Assembly (NCBI GenBank): GCA_964016885.1
Contig: OZ024762.1
Span: forward strand, 6,572,001-6,636,000
Source: Eledone cirrhosa
Lineage: Eukaryota
DNA length: 64,000 bases
Reading direction: 5' to 3'
The translations under genes were made by a program, and so were the position numbers. The notes beneath the pieces are model-generated. The model made no database searches, was not told where the DNA came from, and worked only from the letters and a program-made list of their open reading frames with translations. Shown here piece by piece: positions 50,865 through 64,000 of the stretch (within the stretch, counting starts at the first letter, position 1; every line of letters begins with the position of its first letter).

Positions 50865-53800
50865 TGTGTGTGAAGGTGTACTGTAGTCTGTGTGTGTGTG
50901 TGTGTGAAGGAGTATTGTTGTCTGTATGTGTGTGTGTGAAGGTGTATTGTTGCCTCTATATGTGTGTGTGAAGGTGTATTGTTGCCTCTATGTGTGTGTG
51001 TAAAGGTGTATTGTTGCCTCTATATGTGTATGTATGTGTGTAAATGTGTATTGTTGCCTCTATATATGTATGTGTGTGTGTGAAGGTGTATTGTTGCCTC
51101 TATATGTATGTATGTGTGTGAAGGTGTATTGTTGCCTCTATGTATGTATGTATGTGTGTAAATGTGTATTGTTGCCTCTATATGTATGTATGTGTGTGAA
51201 GGTGTATTGTTGCCTCTATGTATGTATGTGTGTAAATGTGTATTGTTGCCTCTATATGTATGTATGTGTGTAAATGTGTATTGTTGCCTCTATATGTATG
51301 TGTATGTGTGTGTGAAGGTGTATTGTTGCCTCTATGTGTATGTATGTGTGTAAATGTGTATTGTTGCCTCTATATGTGTATGTATGTGTGTGAAGGTGTA
51401 TTGTTGCCTCTATGTGTATGTATGTGTGTAAATGTGTATTGTTGCCTCTATGTGTATGTATGTGTGTAAATGTGTATTGTTGCCTCTATATGTGTATGTG
51501 TGTGTGTGAAGGTGTATTGTTGCCTCTATGTATGTATGTGTGTGTGTGAAGGTGTATTGTTGCCTCTATGTATGTATGTGTGTAAAGGTGTATTGTTGCC
51601 TCTATATGTGTATGTGTGTGAAGGTGTATTGTTGCCTCTATATATGTGTATGTGTGTGAAGGTGTATTGTTGCCTCTATATGTGTATGTATGTGTGTGAA
51701 GGTGTATTGTTGCCTCTATGTATGTATGTGTGTGTGTGAAGGTGTATTGTTGCCTCTATATGTGTATGTGTGTGTGTGAAGGTGTATTGTTGCCTCTATA
51801 TGTGTATGTATGTGTGTGAAGGTGTATTGTTGCCTCTATGTATGTATGTGTGTGAAGGTGTATTGTTGCCTCTATGTATGTATGTGTGTGTGTGAAGGTG
51901 TATTGTTGCCTCTATGTATGTATGTGTGTGAAGGTGTATTGTTGCCTCTATGTATGTATGTGTGTGTGTGAAGGTGTATTGTTGCCTCTATATGTGTATG
52001 TATGTGTGTGAAGGTGTATTGTTGCCTCTATGTATGTATGTGTGTGTGTGAAGGTGTATTGTTGCCTCTATATGTGTATGTGTGTGAAGGTGTATTGTTG
52101 CCTCTATATGTGTATGTGTGTGTGTGAAGGTGTATTGTTGCCTCTATATGTGTATGTATGTGTGTGAAGGTGTATTGTTGCCTCTATATGTGTGTGTGTG
52201 TGTGAAGGTGTATTGTTGCCTCTATATGTGTATGTGTGTGTGTGAAGGTGTATTGTTGCCTCTATGTATGTGTGTATGTGTGTGAAGGTGTATTGTTGCC
52301 TCTATATGTGTATATGTGTGTGAAGGTGTATTGTTGCCTCTATATGTGTATGTGTGTGTGTGAAGGTGTATTGTTGCCTCTATATGTGTATGTGTGTGTG
52401 TGAAGGTGTATTGTTGCCTCTATGTATGTATGTATGTGTGTAAATGTGTATTGTTGCCTCTATATGTGTATGTATGTGTGTGAAGGTGTATTGTTGCCTC
52501 TATGTATGTATGTGTGTGTGTGAAGGTGTATTGTTGCCTCTATGTATGTATGTGCGTGTGTAAAGGTGTATTGTTGCCTCTATATATGTATGTGTGTGTG
52601 TGAAGGTGTATTGTTGCCTCTATGTATGTATGTATGTGTGTAAATGTGTATTGTTGCCTCTATATGTGTATGTATGTGTGTGAAGGTGTATTGTTGCCTC
52701 TATATATGTATGTGTGTGTGTGAAGGTGTATTGTTGCCTCTATATGTGTATGTATGTGTGTGAAGGTGTATTGTTGCCTCTATATGTGTATGTGTGTGTG
52801 TGAAGGTGTATTGTTGCCTCTATATGTGTATGTATGTGTGTGAAGGTGTATTGTTGCCTCTATATGTGTATGTATGTGTGTGAAGGTGTATTGTTGCCTC
52901 TATATGTGTATGTGTGTGTGTGAAGGTGTATTGTTGCCTCTATATGTGTATGTATGTGTGTGAAGGTGTATTGTTGCCTCTATATGTGTATGTGTGTGTG
53001 TGAAGGTGTATTGTTGCCTCTATATGTGTATGTATGTGTGTGAAGGTGTATTGTTGCCTCTATGTATGTATGTATGTGTGTGAAGGTGTATTGTTGCCTC
53101 TATGTATGTATGTGTGTGTGTGAAGGTGTATTGTTGCCTCTATATGTGTATGTATGTGTGTGAAGGTGTATTGTTGCCTCTATATATGTATATGTGTGTG
53201 AAGGTGTATTGTTGCCTCTATGTGTGTATGTATGTGTGTGAAGGTGTATTGTTGCCTCTATATGTGTATGTGTGTGTGTAAAGGTGTATTGTTGCCTCTA
53301 TGTATGTATATGTGTGTGAAGGTGTATTGTTGCCTCTATGTGTGTATGTATGTGTGTGAAGGTGTATTGTTGCCTCTATATGTGTATGTGTGTGAAGGTG
53401 TATTGTTGCCTCTATGTATGTATGTGTGTGAAGGTGTATTGTTGCCTCTATGTATGTATGTGTGTAAATGTGTATTGTTGCCTCTATATATGTATATGTA
53501 TGTGAAGGTGTATTGTTGCCTCTATATGTGTATGTATGTGTGTAAATGTGTATTGTTGCCTCTATATATGTATGTATGTGTGAAGGTGTATTGTTGCCTC
53601 TATATGTGTATGTATGTATGTGAAGGTGTATTGTTGCCTCTATATGTGTATGTATGTGTGTAAATGTGTATTGTTGCCTCTATATGTGTATGTGTGTGTG
53701 TAAATGTGTATTGTTGCCTCTATATGTGTATGTATGTGTGTAAATGTGTATTGTTGCCTCTATATGTGTATATGTGTGTAAATGTGTATTGTTGCCTCTA

Positions 53801-53896
53801 TATGTGTATATGTGTGTAAATGTGTATTGTTGCCTCTATATATGTATGTGTGTAAATGTGTATTGTTGCCTCTATATGTGTATGTGTGTGTGTGTG
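50865..53896. repeat. About 3-kb minisatellite: constant (g/t)aa(g/at)gtgtattgttgcctcta plus variable TG/TA spacer, units 32-42 bp
   Basis: dozens of units by direct inspection. Confidence 0.95.
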
Positions 53897-53989
53897 TCAA
53901 GGTGAGATGTACATCACCTTGACTCTTATCTTTTTTTCAGTAACTTTGACTATGATCCACTCCACTTGAACAATTACATCTGTAAAATA

Positions 53990-54087
<98 letters not shown>

Positions 54088-54435
54088 TGTGTGTATAGAG
54101 AGGGGGTGATGACAGGAAGAGAGAGAGAGAGAGAAAGGGAGAAGGGGTGATGACAGGGAGGCAGAGAGAGAGAGAGAGAGAGAGAGCCTTATTTATGCAG
54201 ATCCACACTTTTAATCTCTGAAAAACACCTCATTCCAACTTCTTGAAAATATAATTAAATGGCAACAGCAGCAGAAGAAGGAGAGAAAGAGGAAAACCAA
54301 AGAAGAAAAAAAAAAAAAATTGATGAAAGCAATTATAAAGAAAGAGTTTTTTGTTCTTTTTTGTAATTCTTTCCCCAAACTTCCAATTTGAATTTAAAGC
54401 AACAAAGAGGAGACCCAAAAGATGGTGGCAGTCTC

Positions 54436-54800
54436 ATGAAGATTGGGGAGATTTTGTGACGATTGGGGAGATCTTGTGGAGATTGGGGAGATCTCGTGAA
54501 GATTGGGGAGATCTTGAGAAGATTGGAGAGATCTCGTGAAGATTGGGGAGATCTCGTGAAGATTGGGGAGATCTCGTGAAGATTGGGGAGATCTCGTGAA
54601 GATTGGGGAGATCTTGTGAAGATTGGGGAGATCTTGTGGAGATTGGAGAGATCTTGAGAAGATTGGGGAGATCTTGAGAAGATTGGAGAGATCTCGTGTA
54701 GATTGGAGAGATCTCGTGAAGATTGGGGAGATCTTGAGAAGATTGGAGAGATCTCGTGAAGATTGGGGAGATCTTGAGAAGATTGGGGAGAACTTGTGGA
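54436..54800. repeat. 20-bp minisatellite gaagattggggagatctcgt, about 18 copies
   Basis: direct inspection. Confidence 0.95.
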
Positions 54801-55124
54801 AATCAATAACCACTTGTGATGTTGAAATGAGGTGGAGGGGGTAGAAGTAGATGTTTGTGGAAATGTTGTGAAAGTCATCAAGCTCTTGTGACGCTCAAAG
54901 AGATCTTATAAAGATTGTGTGGCATTGAAACATTGAAGAGCATACTGTAAAGGATGTGAAGATGATGATAAAGACTGAGAAGATCCACGTGGTAGCAGGG
55001 AAAGTGAGGGAAAATAGATGTTAACTAAAACTGATCATTTATCAAGTATTGTTGATCTATGAATGACAATATTTACTGACAAGGAGGGAGAGAGAGAGAG
55101 AGAAAGGGAAAGAACAAACAAATA

Positions 55125-55432
55125 TAAAGTGTGAAGGAATACACACACACACACACACACGCGCACACATATATATAATACATACATACATACATACATA
55201 TATATATATATGAAGAGAAAACAGCCAGAAAGTGTGAAGGAATACACACACACACAAGCACACACACACATATATATAATACATACATACATATATATAT
55301 ATGAAGAGAAAACAGCCAAAAAGTGTGAAGGAATACACACACACACACACACACACGCACACACGCACACACACATATATATAACACATACATACATACA
55401 TACATACATATATATGAAGAGAAAACAGCCAA
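55125..55432. repeat. About 90-105 bp compound repeat x3
   Basis: aaagtgtgaaggaatacac...atgaagagaaaacagcca repeated. Confidence 0.85.
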
Positions 55433-55590
55433 AACCAAAACCAAAACCCAAAACAACCGGTGCCAATAAATAATTTTCTATAGTCTAATGGCAGGCAGGG
55501 TGTAAGGAAGGAAGTGGTGATTGATTCCTTTTAAAGAACAACCAGGCTTTTATGGAAATAATTATTTAGCCAAAAGCAACATTTTCCTTG

Positions 55591-55955
55591 ATAATTGTTT
55601 CTACTTTTGGCTCAAAGCCAGCAATTATCCCAGTGCATTACTGGTACTTTATTTTATCGACCCCGTAAGGATGAAAGGCAAAGTTAACCGCGGCGGGATT
55701 TGAACTCAGACCATAAAGGGCTGTAACTCTTTGCTGCAAAGCATGGCGTCCGACCCTCTACCGATACTGCCAATCCACCGCCCATAATAATAATAATAAT
55801 TGTTTCTACTTTTGGCACAAGGCCAACAATTATCCCAGTGCATTACTGGTACTTTATTTTATTGACCCTGTAAGGATGAAAGGCAAAGTTAACCTCAGCG
55901 GGATTTGAACTCAGAGCATAAAGGGCCGTAACTCCTTGCTGCAAAGCATGGCATC
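55591..55955 (-). mobile_element. Two head-to-tail SINE family B copies
   Basis: 55591-55783 full length and 55784-55955 5'-truncated; same body as 995-1526. Confidence 0.85.
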
Positions 55956-56452
55956 AATAATGAATCCTGTTTATCAAAGGTAAGAAAAATTTAAATCAAT
56001 GTATAAATAAAATAAAAACTGAAATAAATATATAAATAAAATAAAAACTGAAATAAATATATAAATAAAATAAAAACTGAAATAAATATATAAATAAAAT
56101 AAAAAGTAAATATATGAATAAAAGAATTTATTTTAAAGGATAGGACTCTTTGTTTTGTTTGGATTATTCCTCATTGAGAAATTGGCAATGGCTCTAGGGA
56201 TAGGATATATTTATATGTACATATATATATTATATATACATACATATACACACACACAAATATATATGTATAATATATATATATATATATATATATACAT
56301 ATGGTTGTGTGTGTGAGTATATATATATTATATATACATGTGTATGTGTGAGTATATATATATTATACATATATAGTATATATATGTGTGAGTGTATATA
56401 TATATATATATTATATATATGTGTGTGTGAGTATTATATATACATATGTGTA

Positions 56453-56491
<39 letters not shown>

Positions 56492-56561
56492 CAATGATGA
56501 TGATGATGATGATATATATATATATTATACATATATATATTATACATATACAGTATATATA

Positions 56562-56592
<31 letters not shown>

Positions 56593-56618
56593 TTTATATA
56601 TATATATGTGTGTGTGTG

Positions 56619-56674
<56 letters not shown>

Positions 56675-56750
56675 TATATATATGTGTGTGTGTATATATA
56701 TATATATATTATATATATATATATTTTATATATATATATGTGTGTGTGTG

Positions 56751-56795
<45 letters not shown>

Positions 56796-56940
56796 ATATA
56801 TATATTTTTGTATGTTTTCCATTTCTGTAAAATTCAACGTTTCAATTTATCAAGATATTCTTCAGAAACATTCAATATCACACTTGAAATGGCTTTTATC
56901 TTCTTTATTTCTATCTCCTTTACTATCACCATTATTATTA

Positions 56941-56982
<42 letters not shown>

Positions 56983-57095
56983 CTCCTTCTCCTTCAGTTT
57001 TTTCTTGAATAGAAACCTGGGAGAAGGCTGACTTCTATAATAGCAGGATTTAATTTTTGGGTTGATGTGAATGGTTGCTTTAAAAAAGTATTCTT

Positions 57096-57172
<77 letters not shown>

Positions 57173-57293
57173 GGAGGTGAGTTTTATTGTAGTACAATAA
57201 AGCAATGCAGATATCGGATAAGAAGCACTCTACAGTTTGTGGGACTGGAGTATGCATAATATAAGATCAAAAGATGGTTAAAGGAGTTCCATA

Positions 57294-57364
57294 TATTTTA
57301 TTATGCGCATTTCAAAAACAAACATCATCAAACAATAATATTTGCGTTTTCATCAGATAAAACA
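57294..57364 (-). ncRNA. Minimal type-I hammerhead ribozyme motif with palindromic stem III
   Basis: minus strand tgttttat-CTGATGA-aaacgcaaata...tgtttgttttt-GAAA-tgcgca-TA-ataaaata. Confidence 0.7.
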
Positions 57365-57584
57365 GGAGAACATGATATGAAGGCTAAAAAACACTTGTTG
57401 ATAGTGCAGTTTTAAATCAACATATATATATATATATATATATATTAGAAAGTGAGGTTTTTTTTTTACAAAATGAAAAATAACCGAGGTGTCCTACACG
57501 AGTGAAAGTATAAAGAAAAAGAGATGAAATCGAAAATGCAACTGGAGTCTTATTTTTTTTAAAAATATATATATTTATTTGGTT

Positions 57585-57622
57585 CCTTTACCGGTTTCGC
57601 AGTTCTTCTGCTTTTCAAAAGG
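57585..57622 (-). ncRNA. Hammerhead-like motif with variant core (UUGAAAA)
   Basis: minus strand cctt-TTGAAAA-gcag aagaa ctgc-GAAA-ccgg-TA-aagg; all three stems are perfect. Confidence 0.55.
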
Positions 57623-57661
57623 TGAGTTGAGATGGAGGGTCTGTGGTTTTTCTCACAGTAT

Positions 57662-58030
57662 ATCATCATCATCATCATCATCATCATCAACGTTTAACGT
57701 CCGTGTTCCACGCTTGCATGGGTTTGGACGGGGGTAGTCCCACTTGAGGCAAGAGTGATTGTCTTGCTCGCATAGGACTGTCTGGCAGGTTTTCTACAGT
57801 TGGATGCCCTTCCTAACACCAACCACATTTACAGTGTGGGTCTGGGAGGTTTTTACCGTGTTGCCTACACGGCCACATTACAGCGTGGACTGTGTGTTTT
57901 TTTGTCGTGACACCTACACGATCTCATTTGTTTCGGCCTCGATGGCGCGGCACCAACATAACTTTACATAGAACGGGGTGGTGTGGATCGGGTGGGGGTG
58001 GTGGGACGGGTGGGGGTGGTGGGACGGGGT
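57662..58030 (-). mobile_element. SINE-like family C
   Basis: homologous to 37769-38235 without the duplication. Confidence 0.8.
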
Positions 58031-58061
58031 GTATTTGTTAGAGTATATATATATTTGTTAG

Positions 58062-58093
<32 letters not shown>

Positions 58094-58110
58094 AGTATAT
58101 ATATTTGTTA

Positions 58111-58142
<32 letters not shown>

Positions 58143-58194
58143 TTTTGGTAAACATGTTCACTAATCAGGCTTGTGTATGCAATACACCAATCAG

Positions 58195-58356
58195 TGTAAA
58201 GTGGACGTGGAGGTGCCACAGAAAAAAAGCACCCAGCACTCCCTGTAAATGAGGTTGGTGTTAGGAAGGGCATCCAGCTGTAGAAATCAAGCTTGAACCA
58301 GTTCCTGTCCCACCCTTGCAAGCAGGGAAAAGCGGACGTAAAATGATGATGATGAT
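58195..58356 (+). mobile_element. SINE family A 3' half
   Basis: gtggaggtgccac...ttaggaagggcatccagc...cttgcaagcagggaaaagcggacgtaaaatgatg. Confidence 0.85.
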
Positions 58357-58754
58357 ATTATAATGCCTGAATAGCCAAAGTGAAAATGTTAAGACATTTT
58401 ATTCTTCTAACATATAATTCCACAAAGATGAGCAAGGAAAAAAAATATAGAAAAAAAAAAAAAAAAATAGTGAAAAACCATGAAGCTTCATTATTCCTAT
58501 ATAGATCTGACTATATATTATAATCTGAACACCGACTCAAAGAATTAGATATTACACACTTATACTTATTATATTTGTTCATATATCATCAGAGAATATA
58601 CAAAATATTCAACGGAAGAGATGTGATAAAAGGAAGGATTTCCACAGACATTGCTTGTTCAAGATTGTTCAACATTTTTATTTTTCCTCTAGATTTTTTC
58701 TGCTCATCCTTGTAGAAATATCTGTTACAAGAATATAATGTCTTAACTTTTTAT

Positions 58755-59272
58755 CTTTGTTACATGTCCATTATTATCTATGTCTTCTCTACCTCCACAT
58801 ATTCCCTCTTTGCTACATGTCCATCTCTCTACCTCCCATATTCCCTCTTAGCTACATGTCTATCTGTCTACTGCCACATATTCCCTCTTTGCTACATGTC
58901 CATCTCTCTACCTCCACATTTTTCATCTTTTCTACATGTCTATCCCTCTACTTCTACATTTTTCATCTTTGCTACATGTCTATCTCTCTACCTCAACATA
59001 TTCCCTCTTCGCTACATGTCCATCTCTCTACCTCCAGATATTCCCTCTTTGCTACATGTCCATCTCTCTACCTCCACATATTCCCTCTTTGCTACATGTC
59101 CATCTCTCTACTTCCACATATTCCCTCTTTGCTACATGTTCATCCCTCTACTTCTACATTTTTCATCTTTTCTACATGTCTATCTCTCTACTTCTACATT
59201 TTTCATCTTTGCTACATGTGCATTACTGTCTGTTTTCTCTAGCCCCACATTTTAATCTTTGCTACATGTCTA
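58755..59272. repeat. About 40-bp minisatellite tttgctacatgtccatctctctacctccacatattccctc, about 12 copies
   Basis: direct inspection. Confidence 0.9.
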
Positions 59273-59660
59273 TTATTATCCCTGTTCTCCCTAGCTCCAC
59301 ATCCATTCAACAACTCAGGTATATTTACTAATACAGATGAAACTGTGATGAGACACATTGGCGCATTCTTGTTGATCGTCCAACTAAATGAAGGTTGAAA
59401 CTTTACTGGAATAATTCTTTACTTTTTCTTTTATCTGTGATATATATATATATATATACACACACATAAACGCATGCATATATATACACACACACACACA
59501 TAAATGCATGCATATATATATATATATATATACACACACATATATATACAAACACGCACACACATGTATACATATATGTACTCACACACACACACATATA
59601 TACATCTATATACATATATATATGTATGCATGTGTATTTATATATATATATGCATGCATT

Positions 59661-59696
<36 letters not shown>

Positions 59697-59761
59697 CTTC
59701 ACCTATCTTTACAATTTTTTAAAATTGTTTTTGTAAAAAACAATATTTATTTATTTTTATT

Positions 59762-59836
<75 letters not shown>

Positions 59837-59930
59837 CATATACATACATATACATTCACATATATATATATACACACACACACACACATTATATATATAC
59901 ATACATACACACACACCCACATATATATAT

Positions 59931-59963
<33 letters not shown>

Positions 59964-60071
59964 CATATACATACACACACACATATATATATTTATATAT
60001 ATACATACACAAACACATATATACACACACACACATATATATATACACACACACACACACATATACACACG

Positions 60072-60121
<50 letters not shown>

Positions 60122-60235
60122 GTCCTGAAGACAACAATTTTCTAGAAAGTAATTTGGTGAACAATGAGATATATTTTTTTAGTCTCTCCACATTATTGAA
60201 GAGAATTCAAGAGTACATGATAGGTTGAGAACCAT

Positions 60236-61030
60236 TAGTGGTGGTGGTGGTGGTGGTGGTGGTGGTGGTGGTGGTGGTAGTGGTGGTAGTGGTGGTGGTG
60301 GTGGTGGTGGTGGTGGTGGTAGTGGTGGTGGTGTTGGTGTTGGTGGTGGTGGTGGTGGTGGTGTTGCTGGTGGTGGTGGTGGTGGTGATAGTGGTAGTGG
60401 TGGTGGTGGTGGTGGTGGTGGTGGTAGTGGTGGTAGTGGTGGTGGTGGTGGTGGTAGTGGTGGTGGTGGTGATAGTGGTGGTGGTGGTGGTGGTGGTGGT
60501 GGTGGTGATAGTGGTGGTGGTGGTGGTGGTGGTGGTGTTGGTGGTGGTGGTGATGGTGGTGGTGGTGTTGGTGGTGGTGGTGATGGTGGTAGTGGTGGTG
60601 GTAGCAGGGATGGTCCTAGTGGTGGTAGTGGTGGTGGTGGTGGTGGTGTTGGTGGTGGTGGTGTTGGTGGTGGTGGTGATGGTGGAGGTGGTAGTAGCGG
60701 TGGCGGGGATGGTCGTAGTGGTGGTAGTGGTGGTGGGTAGTGGTGGTGGTGGTGGTGGTAGTGCTGGTGGTAGTGGTGGTACTGGTAATGGCGTGGACGG
60801 TGGTGTTGGTGGCAGAGATGGTGGTGGTGGTAGTAGCGGAGGGAATGGTGGTGGTAGTGGCGTGGATGATGGTAGTTGTAGTGTTAGTAGTTTTAGTGGT
60901 TGTTATAGTAGTAATGGTAGTAGTATTGGTAGTGGCAGTTATAGTGATTGCAGCAGTTGTAGTGTTAGTGGTGAGGATGGTGGTAGTGGTTGTAGTAGTA
61001 GTGGTGATGTGGATGGTGGTGGTAGGGGGG
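60236..61030. repeat. (GGT)n tract
   Basis: direct inspection; source of the poly-G and poly-V ORFs. Confidence 0.95.
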
Positions 61031-61229
61031 GGGGAGGTGTAGCTGCAGTTAGCAATGCAAAAATTGATTGAAAAATAATTTTCTACTTTCATACATAGTT
61101 TATTGGTATATATACATACATATTTATATATACATAGCTATGTGTGTATGTATGTATATATGTATGCACATAAGTATGTATGTATGCATATATGTATACA
61201 TACATATGTATGTATGTATGTAAGTATAT

Positions 61230-61393
61230 ATCATCATCATCATCATCATCAGGTTTAGCGTCCGTGTTCCACGCTTGCATGGGTTTGGACGGGGGTTTTC
61301 CCACTTGAGGCAAGAGTGGTTGTCTTGCTCGCATAGGACTGTCTGGCGGGTTTTCTACAGTTGGATGCCCTTCCTAACACCAACCACATTTAC
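61230..61393 (-). mobile_element. SINE-like family C 3' fragment
   Basis: essentially identical to 37776-37939. Confidence 0.85.
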
Positions 61394-61900
61394 ATGTATA
61401 TACATACATATGTATGTATGTATGTAAGTATATATGTATATACGTATGTATGTATGTAAGTATATATGTATGTATGTTTTGTTTTTTGTCCTGCAGGGTG
61501 TCCAAAATCACCCTCCCCACCAAGTAGACTTGGTGGGGTTGCCGGTTTAGTCGCCGACGACCCGACCATGCGACAGGTTGTACTGGGTTACATGTTACCA
61601 GTAGCACTCAAGAGTGACCCGAGATATGCTCGATAATGAGGGGGGCAGCCATCATGTATGTATGTACATACATACCTATGATGTAAGCATGTATATATAT
61701 ATATATATCTAAACTATAATATGTATAATGATAGAATTGGGACCCTCTTGCATTAAAGCACTCAATGAAACCTCTTATGAGATGCAGCCTATAATGACAA
61801 AACTATATATATATTTATTAAAGATTAAAGTTTAAGCAAAGAATTGCTGCTTTCACCCTACTATATATATACACACATACAGATATATATATATATATAT

Positions 61901-62160
61901 CATCATCATCATCATCATCATCACCGTTTTACGTCCTTTCTTCCACGCTAGCATGGGTTAGACGGGTTGTCCTGTTGTGGGCAGTGTCTGGTCGGCTGAC
62001 CATGCCTTGCTCATACAGGAACTGATTTGGTCCTGCCATGAAAAACAACATGAAATGAAGTGTCTTTCGGGAGAACACACCACACCACCAAGACCAGGCA
62101 TTGAACCCACTAACTTGTAAGTAAGTTCAAATCCCTAACCACTAAGCTAGGCAACTTCAC
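61901..62160 (-). mobile_element. SINE with tRNA-like head and RTE-type tail
   Basis: (CAT)n-caccgttttacgtcctttcttccacgctagcatgggttagac...; head complement taaccactaagc. Confidence 0.7.
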
Positions 62161-62465
62161 AAGCATGGAAAAAGGGTTGGAGGGGCGGGGGGGGGGGGGG
62201 GGGGCATAAAAAATGAGGGTGATAGCCTTATATATTCAAATGAAAGCCTCCACCTTACATATGCAATAGTTCCGAGATGAATCTTTACAGTTAAACTTTG
62301 CTGCTACTCCTCTCCTCTCCTCTCCTCTCCTCTCCCTCCCTCTCCAGTGCCATAGCCATTCTTTCATGACAGAAATATCAATACAAAATCACAGCAAGAG
62401 ATATTGGTTGGTAACCATGGTAACCATTCTTGTAATATTTGCGATAGCAATTACGGCAGCAACAG

Positions 62466-62466
62466 C

Positions 62467-62515
<49 letters not shown>

Positions 62516-62680
62516 AAATTAGCAGAAATAGTAACAGTAACCATAATATTAGTAGTAGTAGTGGTAGTAGTCATATTAGTGGTGGTAGAGGTGGTGGTAA
62601 TAGTAGTAGTGGTGGTAGTAGTAGTAGCATTAGCAGAAATAGTAACAGTAACCATAACATTAGTAGTAGTGGTGGTAATG

Positions 62681-62721
<41 letters not shown>

Positions 62722-62756
62722 GGTGGTATTAGTAGTAGTAGTAGTGGTGGTGGTAT

Positions 62757-62820
<64 letters not shown>

Positions 62821-62902
62821 GGTAGTAGTGGTAGTAGTAGTAGTAGTAGTGGTAGTAGTAGTAGTGGTAGTAGTAGTGGTAGTAGTAGTAGTAGTAGTAG
62901 TA
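62466..62902. repeat. (GTA/GTG)n tract
   Basis: direct inspection. Confidence 0.95.
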
Positions 62903-62904
62903 AA

Positions 62905-63195
62905 CACAGGCCATGAATGAACTGAAAGATAAACTGGGTATAAGAGGAATGAGATGTGGTGTAGAGGAGAGAAGACTGCACTGGTATGGACATGTGATGC
63001 TGGGAGAAGGGTAAAGAGTTGCCAATGGAAGGGAGTTGCAGTGGAGGAAGACCAAGGAAGAGCTGGCCAGAAGGGATGAGAGAAGATCATAAAATGTTGA
63101 ACCTCATAGTGGAGGAGATGATAAGGGGATGCTACAAGTTGAGGGGGTGCGGCTGAAAAGATCCATCGAACCCATGCAAGCATGGATAAGCAGAT
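62905..63195 (+). pseudogene. RTE-clade LINE 3' end
   Basis: MNELKDKLGIRGMRCGVEERRLHWYGHVM...GRPRKSW...; tail aacccatgcaagcatgga running into (ATG)n. Confidence 0.8.
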
Positions 63196-63461
63196 AATAA
63201 TGATAGTGGTGGTGGTGATGGTGATGGTGACGGTGACGGTGATGATGATGATGATGTTGTTAGTGATGATGATGATGATGACAATGATGGTGGTGATGGC
63301 AATGATGATGATGGTGATGATAGTGGTGGTGGTGACGGTGACGGTGATGATGATGATGATGATGATGATGTTAGTGATGATGATGATGATGACAATGATG
63401 GTGGTGATGGCAATGATGATGATGATGATGATAGTGGTGGTGGTGATGGTGACGGTGGTGG

Positions 63462-63492
<31 letters not shown>

Positions 63493-63625
63493 AGTGATGA
63501 TGATGATGACAATGATGGTGGTGATGACAATGATGATGATGATGATGATGATGATGTTAGTGATGATGATGATGACAATGAGGGTTGTGATGGCAATGAT
63601 GATGATGTTGATGATGATGATGATA
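63195..63625. repeat. (ATG/GTG)n tract with about 100-bp higher-order periodicity
   Basis: gacaatgatggtggtgatg recurs. Confidence 0.9.
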
Positions 63626-64000
63626 TATACTGTGCAACAATAGCCATGCAACTGTTGGAATCCTCGTCGGAGATGTCGAGGAAAGAATGTTTGTAATTAA
63701 CAGCTGATTTCGGAATCAATCAGAGCTGTCACGAAATAGCATCGTTATCAATATAATGATCTGTCAACAAAGCAAATGTCATGGCATTAACTGGGTAAGT
63801 TGTTTATAGGGGGGGGGGGGAGGAGGGATGGGGGGGGGGGGAGTGTGTAACAAACATTGGCTTGTAGTGATTGTTAGTAACGAGGCCTCAACTTTAATGA
63901 TGGCGACAACCATGACTACAAATGTCTATAACAACAACAACGACAACAACAACCATGACTACAAATGTCTATAACAACAACAACGACAACAACAACCATG

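Noticed and set aside
50865-53896. CRISPR-like repeat-spacer appearance
   Set aside because: Spacers are TG/TA microsatellite variants rather than unique sequences; eukaryotic context; no cas genes.
60225-61092. Glycine-rich ORF resembling a structural protein
   Set aside because: Nearly pure (GGT)n with no signal peptide or splice context; the same applies to 36086-36382 and the proline-rich 26524-26814.
62366-63719. 420-aa and overlapping poly-T/V/S/I ORFs
   Set aside because: Trinucleotide tracts open in most frames on both strands; the only complex part is an RTE relic.

Overview
AT-rich, microsatellite-saturated metazoan non-coding DNA with no recognisable host gene. The repeat landscape (tRNA-headed SINEs with RTE-type (ATG)n tails, RTE endonuclease relics, very long (TA)n/(CA)n/(ATG)n tracts) resembles a coleoid cephalopod such as Octopus; that assignment is inference. 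Almost every long ORF in the track is a translation of simple repeats. The real content is decayed mobile DNA: at least three SINE families; fragments of RTE, CR1/L2, Tx1/L1, CRE and Penelope-like retroelements; Helitron, pogo/Tigger-like, Tc1/mariner, piggyBac-like and Chapaev-like DNA transposon relics; and many minisatellites, several amplified from TE segments. The most notable signal is a dispersed set of minimal type-I hammerhead ribozyme motifs (five with an intact CUGANGA/GAAA core, several more decayed). Most lie in short islands embedded in (TA)n tracts, and one decayed copy lies downstream of a Penelope-like GIY-YIG relic. Several clean nested insertions are also readable: a Helitron into a minisatellite, a Tx1-like LINE into an RTE with an 18-bp TSD, and an RTE into a SINE. 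All coordinates were read by eye; element boundaries are approximate unless junction bases are quoted.
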